From an uncultured Nitrosopumilaceae archaeon (GTDB lineage Archaea > Thermoproteota > Nitrososphaeria > Nitrososphaerales > Nitrosopumilaceae): 64,000 nucleotides of DNA. The notes under the pieces were generated by a model that was given only the letters and a program-made list of their open reading frames with translations, did not search any database and had not been told where the DNA came from. Shown piece by piece: positions 10,863 through 20,438 of the stretch; positions within the stretch are counted from its first letter, which is position 1, and every line of letters begins with the position of its first letter. A program made the translations under genes and the position numbers. The stretch lies in assembly GCA_964462165.1 (NCBI GenBank), contig CAYWWR010000001.1, forward strand, positions 1,881-65,880, in the 5' to 3' direction.

Positions 10863-11078
10863 TTATGCAATTTTTTCATGTCTATATCGGTTCTTGATGA
10901 ATCTAGCATGGTATTTCCCATAGGCTTCTTCATACTTCATCAGATTGTCATAGATTGGCTTTGGCACTCCAAAGTATCGATAAGTTCCACCATGAACAAA
11001 ATCTATTTCCAGTATTTGCTCTGACTCGTTATACCCAATAATTCGTATACTGCTAGATTTTACTCGTATTTTTTCCAT
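10863..11078 (-). CDS. KTSC domain protein
   Basis: VKSSSIRIIGY...LEIDFVHGGTYRYFGVP...GKY...IKNRY pattern. Confidence 0.85.
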   Translation of the reverse strand: MEKIRVKSSSIRIIGYNESEQILEIDFVHGGTYRYFGVPKPIYDNLMKYEEAYGKYHARFIKNRYRHEKIA

Positions 11079-11260
11079 TTATACCACAGTGTAAAGTGGT
11101 ATCTCAAATCTATCTATTTCTATCCCAATGACAATCATAATTGCAGACATTTTTACAATTCACTCACGTGCAATTAAAGCACTGCCTTGTCTCCAGGAAT
11201 TACACCCATCCATGGAATGCTCAACATCCCAAATGATGTATTGAGTGTACCAGAGCAAAA

Positions 11261-11398
11261 TTATTCTTCATTTTCTGTCTCTCTAATCTCTTCTTGTTCA
11301 TCTTGCTCGACTTGTTCTAGTTCATGAGTTTCTTCATTCATTTCTTCTTGTTCTGCCTTGTGTTTTTCTTTAGATTCAGCACCTTTTGTTTTGCACAT
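11261..11398 (-). CDS. Possible 45-aa acidic microprotein (MCKTKGAESKEKHKAEQEE...)
   Basis: Open ATG..TAA frame, Glu-rich; no family recognised. Confidence 0.35.
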   Translation of the reverse strand: MCKTKGAESKEKHKAEQEEMNEETHELEQVEQDEQEEIRETENEE

Positions 11399-11439
11399 GA
11401 TTTAAAAAAATCGGTGTAGATTTTCATAGTATGATCATT

Positions 11440-13359
11440 TCATAACCTTAGTCTGTGAAACACAATCAATGATGTAATACCAATTAGCAAAACCGGAATT
11501 GCAAATGGAAATTCTGGAATAGACTCGACACATGAAACCCCACCGGTTAATTTTGCAGTGAGATTATCAGATATTGGAGTTCCAAGACCTGTAACTGGAT
11601 TCCATCCAGAAACAGCAGAATACCCAAGATTGCCGTTCATGATGTTATCGCCAGATGTGATACCATGAAAGGAACAGGGGTATGATGTAGTATTGTACAC
11701 GGCATACAATTCAGGTGCAATGTTTCCAAGTAAAATTTTTCCATTTGCCTGTTGCACCACTGCAAGATATCCAGCCCACAATGGTGAGGCTAGACTTGTT
11801 CCTGCACAACCAAACCATCCACTAGATGCAAAAGGAGATGTACCACACTTGTCAGAACTTGTAGAATAGACCCAAAAGCCCGGAGTGTATCCCATGATGG
11901 AGACATCAGGTATTGCCCTTCCACTTTTTGGTCCCAATGCCAGAGTTTGCCATTGTGGTTCTTCAAAATACTTGCTGTATCCGCCACCACTTATTTGCGC
12001 ACCAGATTCAGAACCATATGCAGAGCATGTTGTATCAGCACATCCTGTCAAGGCAAGATCAGTTGCACCCACAGACAATACATCCGGGTCAGATGCTGGA
12101 AATCCAGTACCAAGCATTGAACCATCAGGAGTAGCACCTTCATCACCACTTGCAAAAAGTATAGTCATTCCCTGGGACTCGTCAAGTGCAAGGATATCAT
12201 GCTCTGATGAAACCAATGAAGAAGATAATTGAGAGTCAGAACATGGACCACCGCTACACACAAACCCCCAACTGTTAGAAACTATAGTGGCAAGATGGTT
12301 TGTTGTAACATAATCAATTCCTTGTACGAGGTCACTAGGACTGCAGCCACTATACACCAAAACAATTGTAGCACCAGGGGCCATGGTATGAACTGCTTCT
12401 ACATCCATCATTGTTTCTGACGCCCAGCTTGGGTCATATGATGACGGGGTACCATCAGGATAGACAACTTTTAGCGTAGTGGATTCAAGTCCGTATTGAG
12501 CATCAAATGTATCAATTGCATCTTGAGGTTTTTCATCTCCTGGACAATCTATCAATGCTACGCTTTGTCCCGTACCATTAAAGCCAGCATGGTACAACGG
12601 TACCATTGAATATCCCACCTGCATTCCCTGTGGGCAATACGGACCAACACATGGAGATTGTAGAGGCCTGACCAGAGTATAGTTGTCAAGACCTTGTATG
12701 GAATCAACAAGTACTGCAAAATTGGACGGTAGATGAGGCATGGAATCAGTAGCGTAAAAGAATCCACCATACTTGGAAGTATGAATAAATTTTTGCACAT
12801 TTGTATTGGAATCAATTCTAGATTTAATAGGCATTTGATAGACCTTCATGTTTACTCCAAATGTATTTTCGATAACATGTATCGGCGCAGATATTTTGAG
12901 TACAAGTTGTGATGTAGAGTTTTCTACTTGAAATCCATGTTCTGTAAGGTACGATGCAATGGAAGATCTCTCGCTACGGGTTGGCAGATATGGCATGATG
13001 GTGGCACCATTTAGAAAATGCCTATAATTTGGCGATTTTGGATCATTTATTGAATCAAGACATTTTGTGAATTGGTCTTGATTTCGTAGATGCAATACTA
13101 TATGCATTGATAAAACTTTGTCCTGTGGCACTGGAGAAACAAGTTGCACTTGGTTGTTTTGAACCTGTGGTATGACACCATTTTGTAACGTAGTATTTGT
13201 TTGACTTGGCAACATGGATGATGTCGCATAATCTTCTGATGTTGGCACGATGCATGGATTTGAATCCACTTGACCCATGGCACCATTGTTTTGACATAGA
13301 AAGAAGATCAGAATTATACCAAGCCCGAGAATTTTTACTCTGTATAGATCTCTCATCAA
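11440..13359 (-). CDS. Secreted S53 (sedolisin/kumamolisin-like) peptidase with prodomain and PEF-type C-terminal sorting tail
   Basis: E-x3-D (ETMMDVE), oxyanion SGDEG, catalytic GTSLASP, GWNPVTGLGTP; tail IPEFPFAIPVLLIGITSLIVFHRLRL. Confidence 0.9.
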   Translation of the reverse strand: MMRDLYRVKILGLGIILIFFLCQNNGAMGQVDSNPCIVPTSEDYATSSMLPSQTNTTLQNGVIPQVQNNQVQLVSPVPQDKVLSMHIVLHLRNQDQFTKCLDSINDPKSPNYRHFLNGATIMPYLPTRSERSSIASYLTEHGFQVENSTSQLVLKISAPIHVIENTFGVNMKVYQMPIKSRIDSNTNVQKFIHTSKYGGFFYATDSMPHLPSNFAVLVDSIQGLDNYTLVRPLQSPCVGPYCPQGMQVGYSMVPLYHAGFNGTGQSVALIDCPGDEKPQDAIDTFDAQYGLESTTLKVVYPDGTPSSYDPSWASETMMDVEAVHTMAPGATIVLVYSGCSPSDLVQGIDYVTTNHLATIVSNSWGFVCSGGPCSDSQLSSSLVSSEHDILALDESQGMTILFASGDEGATPDGSMLGTGFPASDPDVLSVGATDLALTGCADTTCSAYGSESGAQISGGGYSKYFEEPQWQTLALGPKSGRAIPDVSIMGYTPGFWVYSTSSDKCGTSPFASSGWFGCAGTSLASPLWAGYLAVVQQANGKILLGNIAPELYAVYNTTSYPCSFHGITSGDNIMNGNLGYSAVSGWNPVTGLGTPISDNLTAKLTGGVSCVESIPEFPFAIPVLLIGITSLIVFHRLRL

Positions 13360-13465
13360 AATTAGCTTTGTTGCTACTAGATAGAGTAGTTATGCTAAAA
13401 TTGTTCTAGAGTTATCTACCATACCAAATTACAAAACTTTGATCAAAATTTGATTGAAGAAAAAG

Positions 13466-13561
13466 CGCCAGGTAAGGGATTCGAACCCCTGCATGCTTGC
13501 GCATAACCGCTACCTTGTTTTTGATCTCGAGGCGGTCGCCGTTCCGCTTGGCTAACCTGGC
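13466..13561 (-). tRNA. tRNA-Ser(CGA) with 14-nt intron at 37/38 (13512-13525)
   Basis: Acceptor GCCAGGT/ACCTGGC, anticodon stem ACCGC/GCGGT around CT-CGA-GA, long variable arm, T-arm GGGGTTCGAATCCC. Confidence 0.93.
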
Positions 13562-13669
13562 ACTTGAGAACAAGTTCTGTTTTGGGACATAAATAACATG
13601 ACAATTAACTGATCAGTAGATCAAGTATATAATAAAGGATATAAAGTAGATAATTTATTATCTAGACAG

Positions 13670-13849
13670 ATGGAGACAATAACAAAAAAGACAGTCTCAA
13701 TAGAATACGCAGGAATCAAGTATGCAGTTCCAGATGATCTCACTCTAGCCTCAATTTTGACTCAAATCGGCCTTGCAGAAGACACGCCTGTCCGAATGGT
13801 TCCAACAAAAGAAGGATTTACAATCATACCGCAAACAGAGAAAAATTGA
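13670..13849 (+). CDS. 59-aa hypothetical protein (METITKKTVSIEYAGIKYAVPDD...)
   Basis: Open frame with TATA-like sequence upstream; below the ORF-track cutoff. Confidence 0.6.
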   Translation: METITKKTVSIEYAGIKYAVPDDLTLASILTQIGLAEDTPVRMVPTKEGFTIIPQTEKN

Positions 13850-13898
13850 TAATAGATAATTTATTATTGATATTTGTACAATGATTTTGTGATACCAT

Positions 13899-14075
13899 TT
13901 GGCAAAGACTAGAATTTCGATAACAATTGACGACACGACTGCAAAGGAAATAGAACTGTATTACAGAGAAAAGGTAAAAATCGCAGTAGAAAAGGGAGCG
14001 GCAATACCAAAACTATCAAACATTTACGAAGAGATAATCGAAAAGGGCTGGGACAAATCTCTAAAAAAGAAATAA
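13899..14075 (+). CDS. 58-aa ribbon-helix-helix-like protein (MAKTRISITIDD...)
   Basis: Alternating RISITID beta strand followed by helices; directly upstream of fen. Confidence 0.55.
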   Translation: MAKTRISITIDDTTAKEIELYYREKVKIAVEKGAAIPKLSNIYEEIIEKGWDKSLKKK

Positions 14076-14102
14076 GAATACTTGAAAACAACGTAAACAG
14101 AG

Positions 14103-15128
14103 ATGGGCCTAGATCTAAAACAGCTTTGTGTAAGAGACAGGACAAACCTTGAATCGTTTACATCAAAGATTGTTGCAATAGATGCGTACAATGCAATATA
14201 CCAGTTTTTATCAATAATTCGAGGACCTGACGGATTGCCATTGACTGACTACAATGGAAAGATAACTAGTCATATCAGCGGCCTCTTTTACAGAAACATT
14301 AATTTTTTGTCACTTGGAATAAAGCCTGTCTATGTCTTTGATGGCAAGTCCCCATCATTAAAGTCTGCAGAGATACAAAGAAGAAAACAGGTAAAAAAAG
14401 ATGCTACGATAAAATACGAGATTGCAATCAGTGAGGGAAATTATGCTGATGCAAAAAAATATGCCCAGCAGACATCGGTGTTACGCGATGACATGGTGGA
14501 CGAGTCAAAAAGATTCTTGGACTTGTTTGGCATACCATGGATACAGGCACCATCAGAGGGTGAGGCAACTGCTGCACAGATGACAGTATCAGGGCAGGCT
14601 CATGCATCTGCAAGCCAAGACTTTGATTCATTGTTGTTTGGTGCAAAAAAACTTGTTAGAAACTTTACAAACAGTGGCAAGAGAAAACTGCCAAACCGGA
14701 ATACTACAATCGAGGTAGAGCCTGAGATAATACAGCTTGACAAGACTTTGTCATCTCTTGGCGTAACACGAGAGCAGCTTGTCGACATTGGCATCTTGAT
14801 TGGCACTGACTTTAATCCTGATGGATTTGAGAGGATTGGCCCCAAGACTGCATTGAAGATGATAAAAGACCATGGTTCCCTTGAGAATGTCTCCCAGATA
14901 CAAGAGAAATTGGAAGAGATAGACTACAAGCAGATACGTGACATTTTCTTGAATCCAAAAATTGCTGATGTTTCTGAGATAAAGTTCGGAGAGGTGGATT
15001 ATCCCGGAATTGTAAATTACCTCACAAAAGAGAGAAGTTTTTCACTTGACCGTGTTGATACTTCGTTGAATAGATTAAGAAAAGCATTTGAGAAAAAGAG
15101 TCAGAATTTAGACCAGTGGTTTTCTTAA
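14103..15128 (+). CDS. fen: Flap endonuclease 1
   Basis: [44 protein letters not shown]; C-terminal PIP box QNLDQWF. Confidence 0.97.
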   Translation: MGLDLKQLCVRDRTNLESFTSKIVAIDAYNAIYQFLSIIRGPDGLPLTDYNGKITSHISGLFYRNINFLSLGIKPVYVFDGKSPSLKSAEIQRRKQVKKDATIKYEIAISEGNYADAKKYAQQTSVLRDDMVDESKRFLDLFGIPWIQAPSEGEATAAQMTVSGQAHASASQDFDSLLFGAKKLVRNFTNSGKRKLPNRNTTIEVEPEIIQLDKTLSSLGVTREQLVDIGILIGTDFNPDGFERIGPKTALKMIKDHGSLENVSQIQEKLEEIDYKQIRDIFLNPKIADVSEIKFGEVDYPGIVNYLTKERSFSLDRVDTSLNRLRKAFEKKSQNLDQWFS

Positions 15129-15190
15129 ATTTTTAACTGTTTAAATTCTTAAATCTAGAAGAAACCTACGTCACTTTTTTAAACTATAGA
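15093..15190 (+). repeat. Native copy of the fen 3' end plus downstream promoter block
   Basis: Core ACCAGTGGTTTTCTTAAATTTTTAA (15112-15136) recurs at 19170 (identical) and 20351 (1 mismatch). Confidence 0.85.
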
Positions 15191-15274
15191 AACATCATAT
15201 GATAAATGAAATGCATCGTATAAACTGTAGATTTAGTACCGTACTAAAAGAATGTCCCGCACAAAATAGTTTTC

Positions 15275-15745
15275 ATGTTAGCATACATTCATACAGATTA
15301 TAAAGATAGAAAAAAAATCAATTACACAAATACAGAGAAAAGAACCGATATATTTTATAATCAAATTAAGAGAGTATATGAATCCGTGAATCCCGTACAT
15401 CCTCCTTTCATTGGCGATGATCTAAAACCAAATGTTGAGGTTTTAGGCAGATTTGCAAACGCCTTTGATTCAAACCATTCGGTAAAAAAGACCCAACTGC
15501 ATCTAGCTTCACGACTACGATGGGATTCTTTTCTCAGATACCTCAACTGGCTACAAAAAAATAATCACATTGCATCTGACTCAGGAGATGGATCAGAAGA
15601 GTTTCATCTCACAAAAGATGGAAGGGAGATGTTTGCAAGGCTAGTAAAATTTCTTGAATATGTAAAGGGCAACAAACCAGTAGCTATTTTTTCAATCATG
15701 TGGGTTACAACAATGACAATCTGGATTACACAGATGAATCTCTAG
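15275..15745 (+). CDS. Winged-helix DNA-binding protein
   Basis: KKTQLHLASRLRWDSFLRYLNWL...FHLTKDGRE wHTH pattern. Confidence 0.7.
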   Translation: MLAYIHTDYKDRKKINYTNTEKRTDIFYNQIKRVYESVNPVHPPFIGDDLKPNVEVLGRFANAFDSNHSVKKTQLHLASRLRWDSFLRYLNWLQKNNHIASDSGDGSEEFHLTKDGREMFARLVKFLEYVKGNKPVAIFSIMWVTTMTIWITQMNL

Positions 15746-15799
15746 GTTTTGTATAGCGAATTTTTATTTGTCATGCTAAAAATTTTTACTTCTTAAGTC

Positions 15800-15843
15800 T
15801 TGCTCACCTAAATTCTATAAGACAGGTGAGCGCGGCTTAATAG
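15800..15843 (+). promoter_or_regulatory. Inverted-repeat operator GCTCACCT-N14-AGGTGAGC abutting a TATA-like box
   Basis: Shared with 17334-17390, each upstream of a secreted-protein gene. Confidence 0.6.
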
Positions 15844-15876
15844 TAATTTTGCATTATCTGTTGTAAAGGAAATAAT

Positions 15877-16851
15877 TTGGTATATAGTCTAGCAAAAAGT
15901 AATGGAGTTATCATGGCAATTTTGTTTGTCATTATTTTGACAAACCCGCAACTTGTTCTTGCTGCAGAGCCAATTAGTCATAATGCAATTCCAATGTATG
16001 CTGAAAAAATGCGAGTGTCACTTGCGGAAACGATATCTGCGCATCCAAATTGGGTTTACATGATGTCGTGGAATTCAACGGGTTCAACTGTGGATTATCT
16101 AGGACCTGCAGGCTCTAATCCCCACATCGTTCATGGGGTATACATGGCACCAACTGGAGTAATGGACAAAGGAATCTCTACAAATGCAGATACCACAAAC
16201 GGTGGTATGGCATCAGAGTGGAAGGAGGTATCAGACTTTACAAATCAAAAGATCACATCATCAAGTACTGATTTGTTCCAGATACTTGATGCATTAAATT
16301 CAAACAGCGCCCACTGGCTACAGGTGGGGATATTGTATGACAATGCCAACTTGATAAACCCAACACCATCGTGGCGTGTTGCATACAACTCGTTTAGCAC
16401 CAGTACTTGTTCAAGCACTGGAGAATGGTTTGTGACAAGCCTTCCTCAGACAATGAATCCAGGTGATTCTGTGGAATCGTACGTTTACGTAGATACTAGC
16501 CAGGCAGGACACTATATCATGGGGGAGACAGATTCGTCTACAAACACTGGAACACTTTATGGGTTTGGGATAAGTGGTGATGCAGGTTCTACCATAAACC
16601 TGGGTGAGGTAGATGTTGGAGCATGCCACTATTCTGCAGGGCCAGAACAAGAGGAGCAGTCAAACGGTTCTACTATCCCAGTGGCGTTTAGTGATGAACA
16701 ATATGTCATGGGGTACTATGATACATCTTCAAGATCACGGACAAACTCTGTCTTTAATTGGAATAGTCCTTGGGGCACAAGTTGTGTTACACTAAATCCT
16801 AGTCCGCCTCCAACAAATCCTGCTGATATCACGTTTCACTATGGGTGCTAG
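15877..16851 (+). CDS. Secreted protein, possibly neprosin/G1-like glutamic peptidase fold
   Basis: Signal peptide ending VLA-AE; WLQVG and late PEQEE motifs; Ser/Thr/Gly-rich. Confidence 0.6.
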   Translation: MVYSLAKSNGVIMAILFVIILTNPQLVLAAEPISHNAIPMYAEKMRVSLAETISAHPNWVYMMSWNSTGSTVDYLGPAGSNPHIVHGVYMAPTGVMDKGISTNADTTNGGMASEWKEVSDFTNQKITSSSTDLFQILDALNSNSAHWLQVGILYDNANLINPTPSWRVAYNSFSTSTCSSTGEWFVTSLPQTMNPGDSVESYVYVDTSQAGHYIMGETDSSTNTGTLYGFGISGDAGSTINLGEVDVGACHYSAGPEQEEQSNGSTIPVAFSDEQYVMGYYDTSSRSRTNSVFNWNSPWGTSCVTLNPSPPPTNPADITFHYGC

Positions 16852-16925
16852 AGATGGATGCAAAATCCACGTGTGATGTTTTGTCATTTTCTTGCGGTTC
16901 TTTAAAATTCGGGAGTCTCTGATTT

Positions 16926-17243
16926 ATGACTGTAAAACATGGTGTGATGTTTATTGCAAGTGGCTCGCTTGTCTTACTTGTAGGTTTTTTGTTGAAGATA
17001 ATATCATTTACAAGTGTTCTAGACCGCGTACCTCCGTACATGGGTCCACCAATGGATCCTTCTTTGTTACATGTGATGAGAATGTGGATATTTCCATATG
17101 TCTTGGATACAGTATCGCTTGTAACACTTGGTGTATCCATTGGATTGATTTTACTAGGAATTGCGATTTCATTTAGAAGAAGAACAAAAACATCTCCCAA
17201 AATTGTATCTCACAATACTGATCCACTTAATCCATATCAATGA
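16926..17243 (+). CDS. Small two-TM membrane protein
   Basis: Two hydrophobic stretches followed by basic RRRTK. Confidence 0.6.
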   Translation: MTVKHGVMFIASGSLVLLVGFLLKIISFTSVLDRVPPYMGPPMDPSLLHVMRMWIFPYVLDTVSLVTLGVSIGLILLGIAISFRRRTKTSPKIVSHNTDPLNPYQ

Positions 17244-17333
17244 ATGCGAAAAATGTTGTGAAATTGAACTAGAAACTACAAGTTAAATTCCTGAAAATAA
17301 TTTTTCATACTGAAATTTATTTTGATATAAGCA

Positions 17334-17390
17334 TTGCTCACCCAAAACACGTGTCCTGATCACGTGATCCGGGTGAGCGCGACTTATTTA
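17334..17390 (+). promoter_or_regulatory. Inverted-repeat operator GCTCACCC-N27-GGGTGAGC abutting a TATA-like box
   Basis: Same arms as 15800 with a compensatory T-A to C-G change; the spacer has CACGTG twice, 13 nt apart. Confidence 0.6.
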
Positions 17391-17401
17391 CTTGATTTGT
17401 A

Positions 17402-18349
17402 TTGTACGGGATAATGACAAAAAGCAACTTCGTGAAATCAAAAATTATGACATCTCTCCTTGGTGCATTATTTGTTGGGTTGATACTAATATCTCCAACA
17501 GTAATCAATGCTAATGTAAGTGCAGTTACTGAACCACAGCAACCTACAGCACCTGTTAGAATAGCACCACCTGCACCCACTGCAGATGGTTGTTACCATT
17601 GGACAAAAGAGACCGGTTGGAAAACAATCTCATGCATGTCTGATGCAGATGTAAAAAAACTCGGTCTTGCAGATGAAGGAAATAACGTAGATTTACTTGG
17701 TGGACAAGAGAATTCAGCAAGTACCCTTAACTTTGGCTTAGTGCAAGTGAATCTATCTACATACACATGCTGTGAGACTGATACTGTAAATGGAAATGGT
17801 GCATTTAGTATACAAACTAATACCAATACATTCCAAGATAAGAACTTGAAAACAGGATGGGTACAATTCCTATTTCAGAACGTTCCCGCAAGTGATGTAG
17901 CAGGAACATGTATTGAACAATGGGAAAATAGTGTAAACATATCGGTCCTATGTGCTCCAGTTCCAGTTCAAACACTATCACAAGGGTATAATGCGTATGT
18001 CGATGGATCTACCAATAGTGGTGCTGGAACAATAACTGTTAACTATTGTAGTACACAGTGTTGGGCAAAAAGTGCTACCGATTTAACAGGTCTCGCAGGA
18101 AACTGGAATCAGGTCACTGGAACCATACTTGGCGAATCGAGTACAGATACACAAAATGGAGAAGCAGTATTCCAATCTCCAACTACTGAATATACAACTA
18201 TTCAAGCTGGAGCACCATCTGCGTTTTCATATAGTGTAGGAAGCCAATCACAAACCGCTGAAGAAAACAATCTCAGCTATGTGCCATCATACACTTCAAC
18301 CTCATGTAGTAGATCAACCTGTAGTACATATACAGAATCCACTAACTAA
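17402..18349 (+). CDS. Secreted Cys/Ser/Thr-rich protein, possibly thermopsin/neprosin-like peptidase
   Basis: Signal peptide, short pro-like segment (GCYHW..GW..ISC), motifs FSIQTNTN, GWVQF, TAEENNL. Confidence 0.6.
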   Translation: MYGIMTKSNFVKSKIMTSLLGALFVGLILISPTVINANVSAVTEPQQPTAPVRIAPPAPTADGCYHWTKETGWKTISCMSDADVKKLGLADEGNNVDLLGGQENSASTLNFGLVQVNLSTYTCCETDTVNGNGAFSIQTNTNTFQDKNLKTGWVQFLFQNVPASDVAGTCIEQWENSVNISVLCAPVPVQTLSQGYNAYVDGSTNSGAGTITVNYCSTQCWAKSATDLTGLAGNWNQVTGTILGESSTDTQNGEAVFQSPTTEYTTIQAGAPSAFSYSVGSQSQTAEENNLSYVPSYTSTSCSRSTCSTYTESTN

Positions 18350-18468
18350 CTCCCACCTTTTTTTACTATTTTGTATTCAATGTTATCAATTATGATTACG
18401 AATTACTAAAACATAGAAGAAAGTTACATTGATGTTTTAAATCATGTTTGTTCAGTATATAATATAAA

Positions 18469-18954
18469 ATGAAAACTTGGTACTTGCCAATGATAATTGG
18501 TATATGTATAATTACAATAGTTGGAGTATTAGTCACATTTGGTAATTTCTTTCCCTCTACTTCCTCAGAATACTCATCGTTACATAAGACGCCGTCATTG
18601 CCAAAGATCATAATTCTTCTGAATGGCACAAATTCAGCTCAGCAGTCATTTCTCCAATTTAATGCAAGTCATGGACAAAACATGATGCTACTAAATGTAA
18701 CATCAGATCCACAAAATCTTCCAATTACTCTTTCCGTTGGACCCAAATTAGGATTTAAAAGTCCAGAAGGAGTAGACTGGAATCTCTCATCACATGTTAT
18801 CAATAATACTTCTACCAATGTCTTGTTAAATATATCAATTGGAAATAATGTCAAAACTGGTAAATATCCGATGGAAGTTGATGTAAACACTGCGCAAATA
18901 CCACATGAGAATTTTACAGAATCCTTCGGTTTTGATCTTGTAGTGATAAAGTAA
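18469..18954 (+). CDS. N-terminally anchored Ig-like protein with MKT leader
   Basis: MKTWYLPMII plus TM; beta-rich, GKYP motif, many N-x-S/T sequons. Confidence 0.7.
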   Translation: MKTWYLPMIIGICIITIVGVLVTFGNFFPSTSSEYSSLHKTPSLPKIIILLNGTNSAQQSFLQFNASHGQNMMLLNVTSDPQNLPITLSVGPKLGFKSPEGVDWNLSSHVINNTSTNVLLNISIGNNVKTGKYPMEVDVNTAQIPHENFTESFGFDLVVIK

Positions 18955-19121
18955 TTATTTGTTCTTTCAATACGGATAACACGATAAGATTAGCGTTAGA
19001 CTGAGCAGGTCTAACCCGATCAGAACTTTAATCTGCGGTATCAAACTAATTTTACTTCGCTCTTATATGACACTTGAACCCTATGTTGATCAATAAACAG
19101 TACATAGATAATGAGATAGCA

Positions 19122-19205
19122 ATAAAAAAAGCCAGAATTTGAAACGATATTCTTGTGCAAATAGATTGAACCAGTGGTTTTCTTAAATTTTTAAATGTTT
19201 AAACC
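19122..19205 (+). repeat. Direct repeat copy A (derived fen 3' end), left of MNT-HEPN
   Basis: AAAAAAAGCCAGAATTTGAAACGATATTC...ACCAGTGGTTTTCTTAAATTTTTAAATGTTTAAACC, near-identical to 20302-20386. Confidence 0.9.
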
Positions 19206-19281
19206 CAGTGAAAATTCATGTTACAAATAGGTATCATATGCAACATTTATGTATCATATGCTACTATTAACTATCAAAGAT

Positions 19282-19884
19282 ATGAAACTTCATTCATACC
19301 TAGAACAAGTACTAGGTACAAAGGCAGGGATTAGCATACTACGTAGTCTTGTCAAATACAACGGTAAAATCTTCACGGTAAGAGGGCTTGCCAGGGAGGC
19401 TAGCATCTCTAGCGTAGAGACCTCCAGGACCATCGAACAACTTGAACGATTTGGCATAGTAAAGATCCAACCAGTTGGTAGAGCATACCAAGTATTTCTC
19501 AATGATCAGAGTTATGTTCTCAATAGAATTGTCAAACCGATTTTAACAGCAGAAGAGAAAACAGTCTCTGAGATAATTATTATTTTGGCAAAACATTTGA
19601 GAGTGAAAAAAATTTTATCTGCCGTTATTTTTGGAAGTGTCGTAAAAAGAGCAGAAAAAGAAGACAGTGATATCGACTTGTTAGTCATATCAGACGATTT
19701 TGAGCTAGCCATAGGTGCAGTTGCAAATGCAAGTGAAGAGATATCACTTGCATTTCATTCCAGCGTATCCCCCATAATATTTACAAAGAAAAAATTCATC
19801 TCCAAAAAAAATGATGATTTGATACGCTCTATATTGTCTAATCATATTCTTGTGGCAGGACTGGAATTGGAGAAACTCAAATGA
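19282..19884 (+). CDS. wHTH-minimal nucleotidyltransferase (MNT antitoxin)
   Basis: N-terminal HTH (TVRGLAREA); FGS...DSDIDLLVI. Start 19282 preferred because a GTATCATATGC direct repeat (19231, 19251) overlaps the longer start. Confidence 0.88.
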   Translation: MKLHSYLEQVLGTKAGISILRSLVKYNGKIFTVRGLAREASISSVETSRTIEQLERFGIVKIQPVGRAYQVFLNDQSYVLNRIVKPILTAEEKTVSEIIIILAKHLRVKKILSAVIFGSVVKRAEKEDSDIDLLVISDDFELAIGAVANASEEISLAFHSSVSPIIFTKKKFISKKNDDLIRSILSNHILVAGLELEKLK

Positions 19885-20270
19885 CAAGAGCAGTAGATCA
19901 AAGCAGTGCCACAAATTATCTCACAAAGGCAGAAAATTCTTTACGTATAGCCAAGATTGCTTTGCAGGAAAAAGCATACGATACTGCAGTAATGGATGCA
20001 GTACACAGTTCCATCAATGCTCTTGATGCATTGACCACATTTTATAGTGGAAAACGTTCTTCTGGTCAACATACGGATGTTCTTGATTTGATCAAGGGAA
20101 TTTTGACTAATGACGAGTTCGAGTATGTTAAAAAACAGTTCAAGGGATTGATGAGTCGAAAAAATGAATCTGAGTACCAACCAACTCTCATGATTGACAA
20201 AGATGCTGCAGATGCAATACTGCGTGCAGAACGTGTCTTAGACAAGGTAAAAACTAAGATTAGAAAATGA
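19881..20270 (+). CDS. HEPN-domain protein (toxin partner of MNT)
   Basis: YLTKAENSL...YDTAV...R-x4-6-Y/H type motif RKNESEY; ATGA overlap with the MNT gene. Confidence 0.85.
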   Translation: MTRAVDQSSATNYLTKAENSLRIAKIALQEKAYDTAVMDAVHSSINALDALTTFYSGKRSSGQHTDVLDLIKGILTNDEFEYVKKQFKGLMSRKNESEYQPTLMIDKDAADAILRAERVLDKVKTKIRK

Positions 20271-20301
20271 AGCCCCATAGCAGAATAGTTCTGTTTTAAT
20301 T

Positions 20302-20425
20302 ATAAAAAAAAGCCAGAATTTGAAACGATATTCTCGTGTAAATAAGATGAACCAGTGGTTTGCTTAAATTTTTAAATGTTTAAACCTAGAAGAAATCTGC
20401 GTTAATTTTTTAAACTATGGAAATC
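20302..20425 (+). repeat. Direct repeat copy B (derived fen 3' end plus promoter block), right of MNT-HEPN
   Basis: Matches 19122-19205 and continues CTAGAAGAAATCTGCGTTAATTTTTTAAACTAT, like 15156-15187. Confidence 0.9.
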
Positions 20426-20438
20426 CCGTACATAGCAA

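Noticed and set aside
13466-13561. tRNA-Ser as the island attachment site
   Set aside because: No duplicate of its 3' end was found in the window; the duplicated sequence is the fen 3' end.
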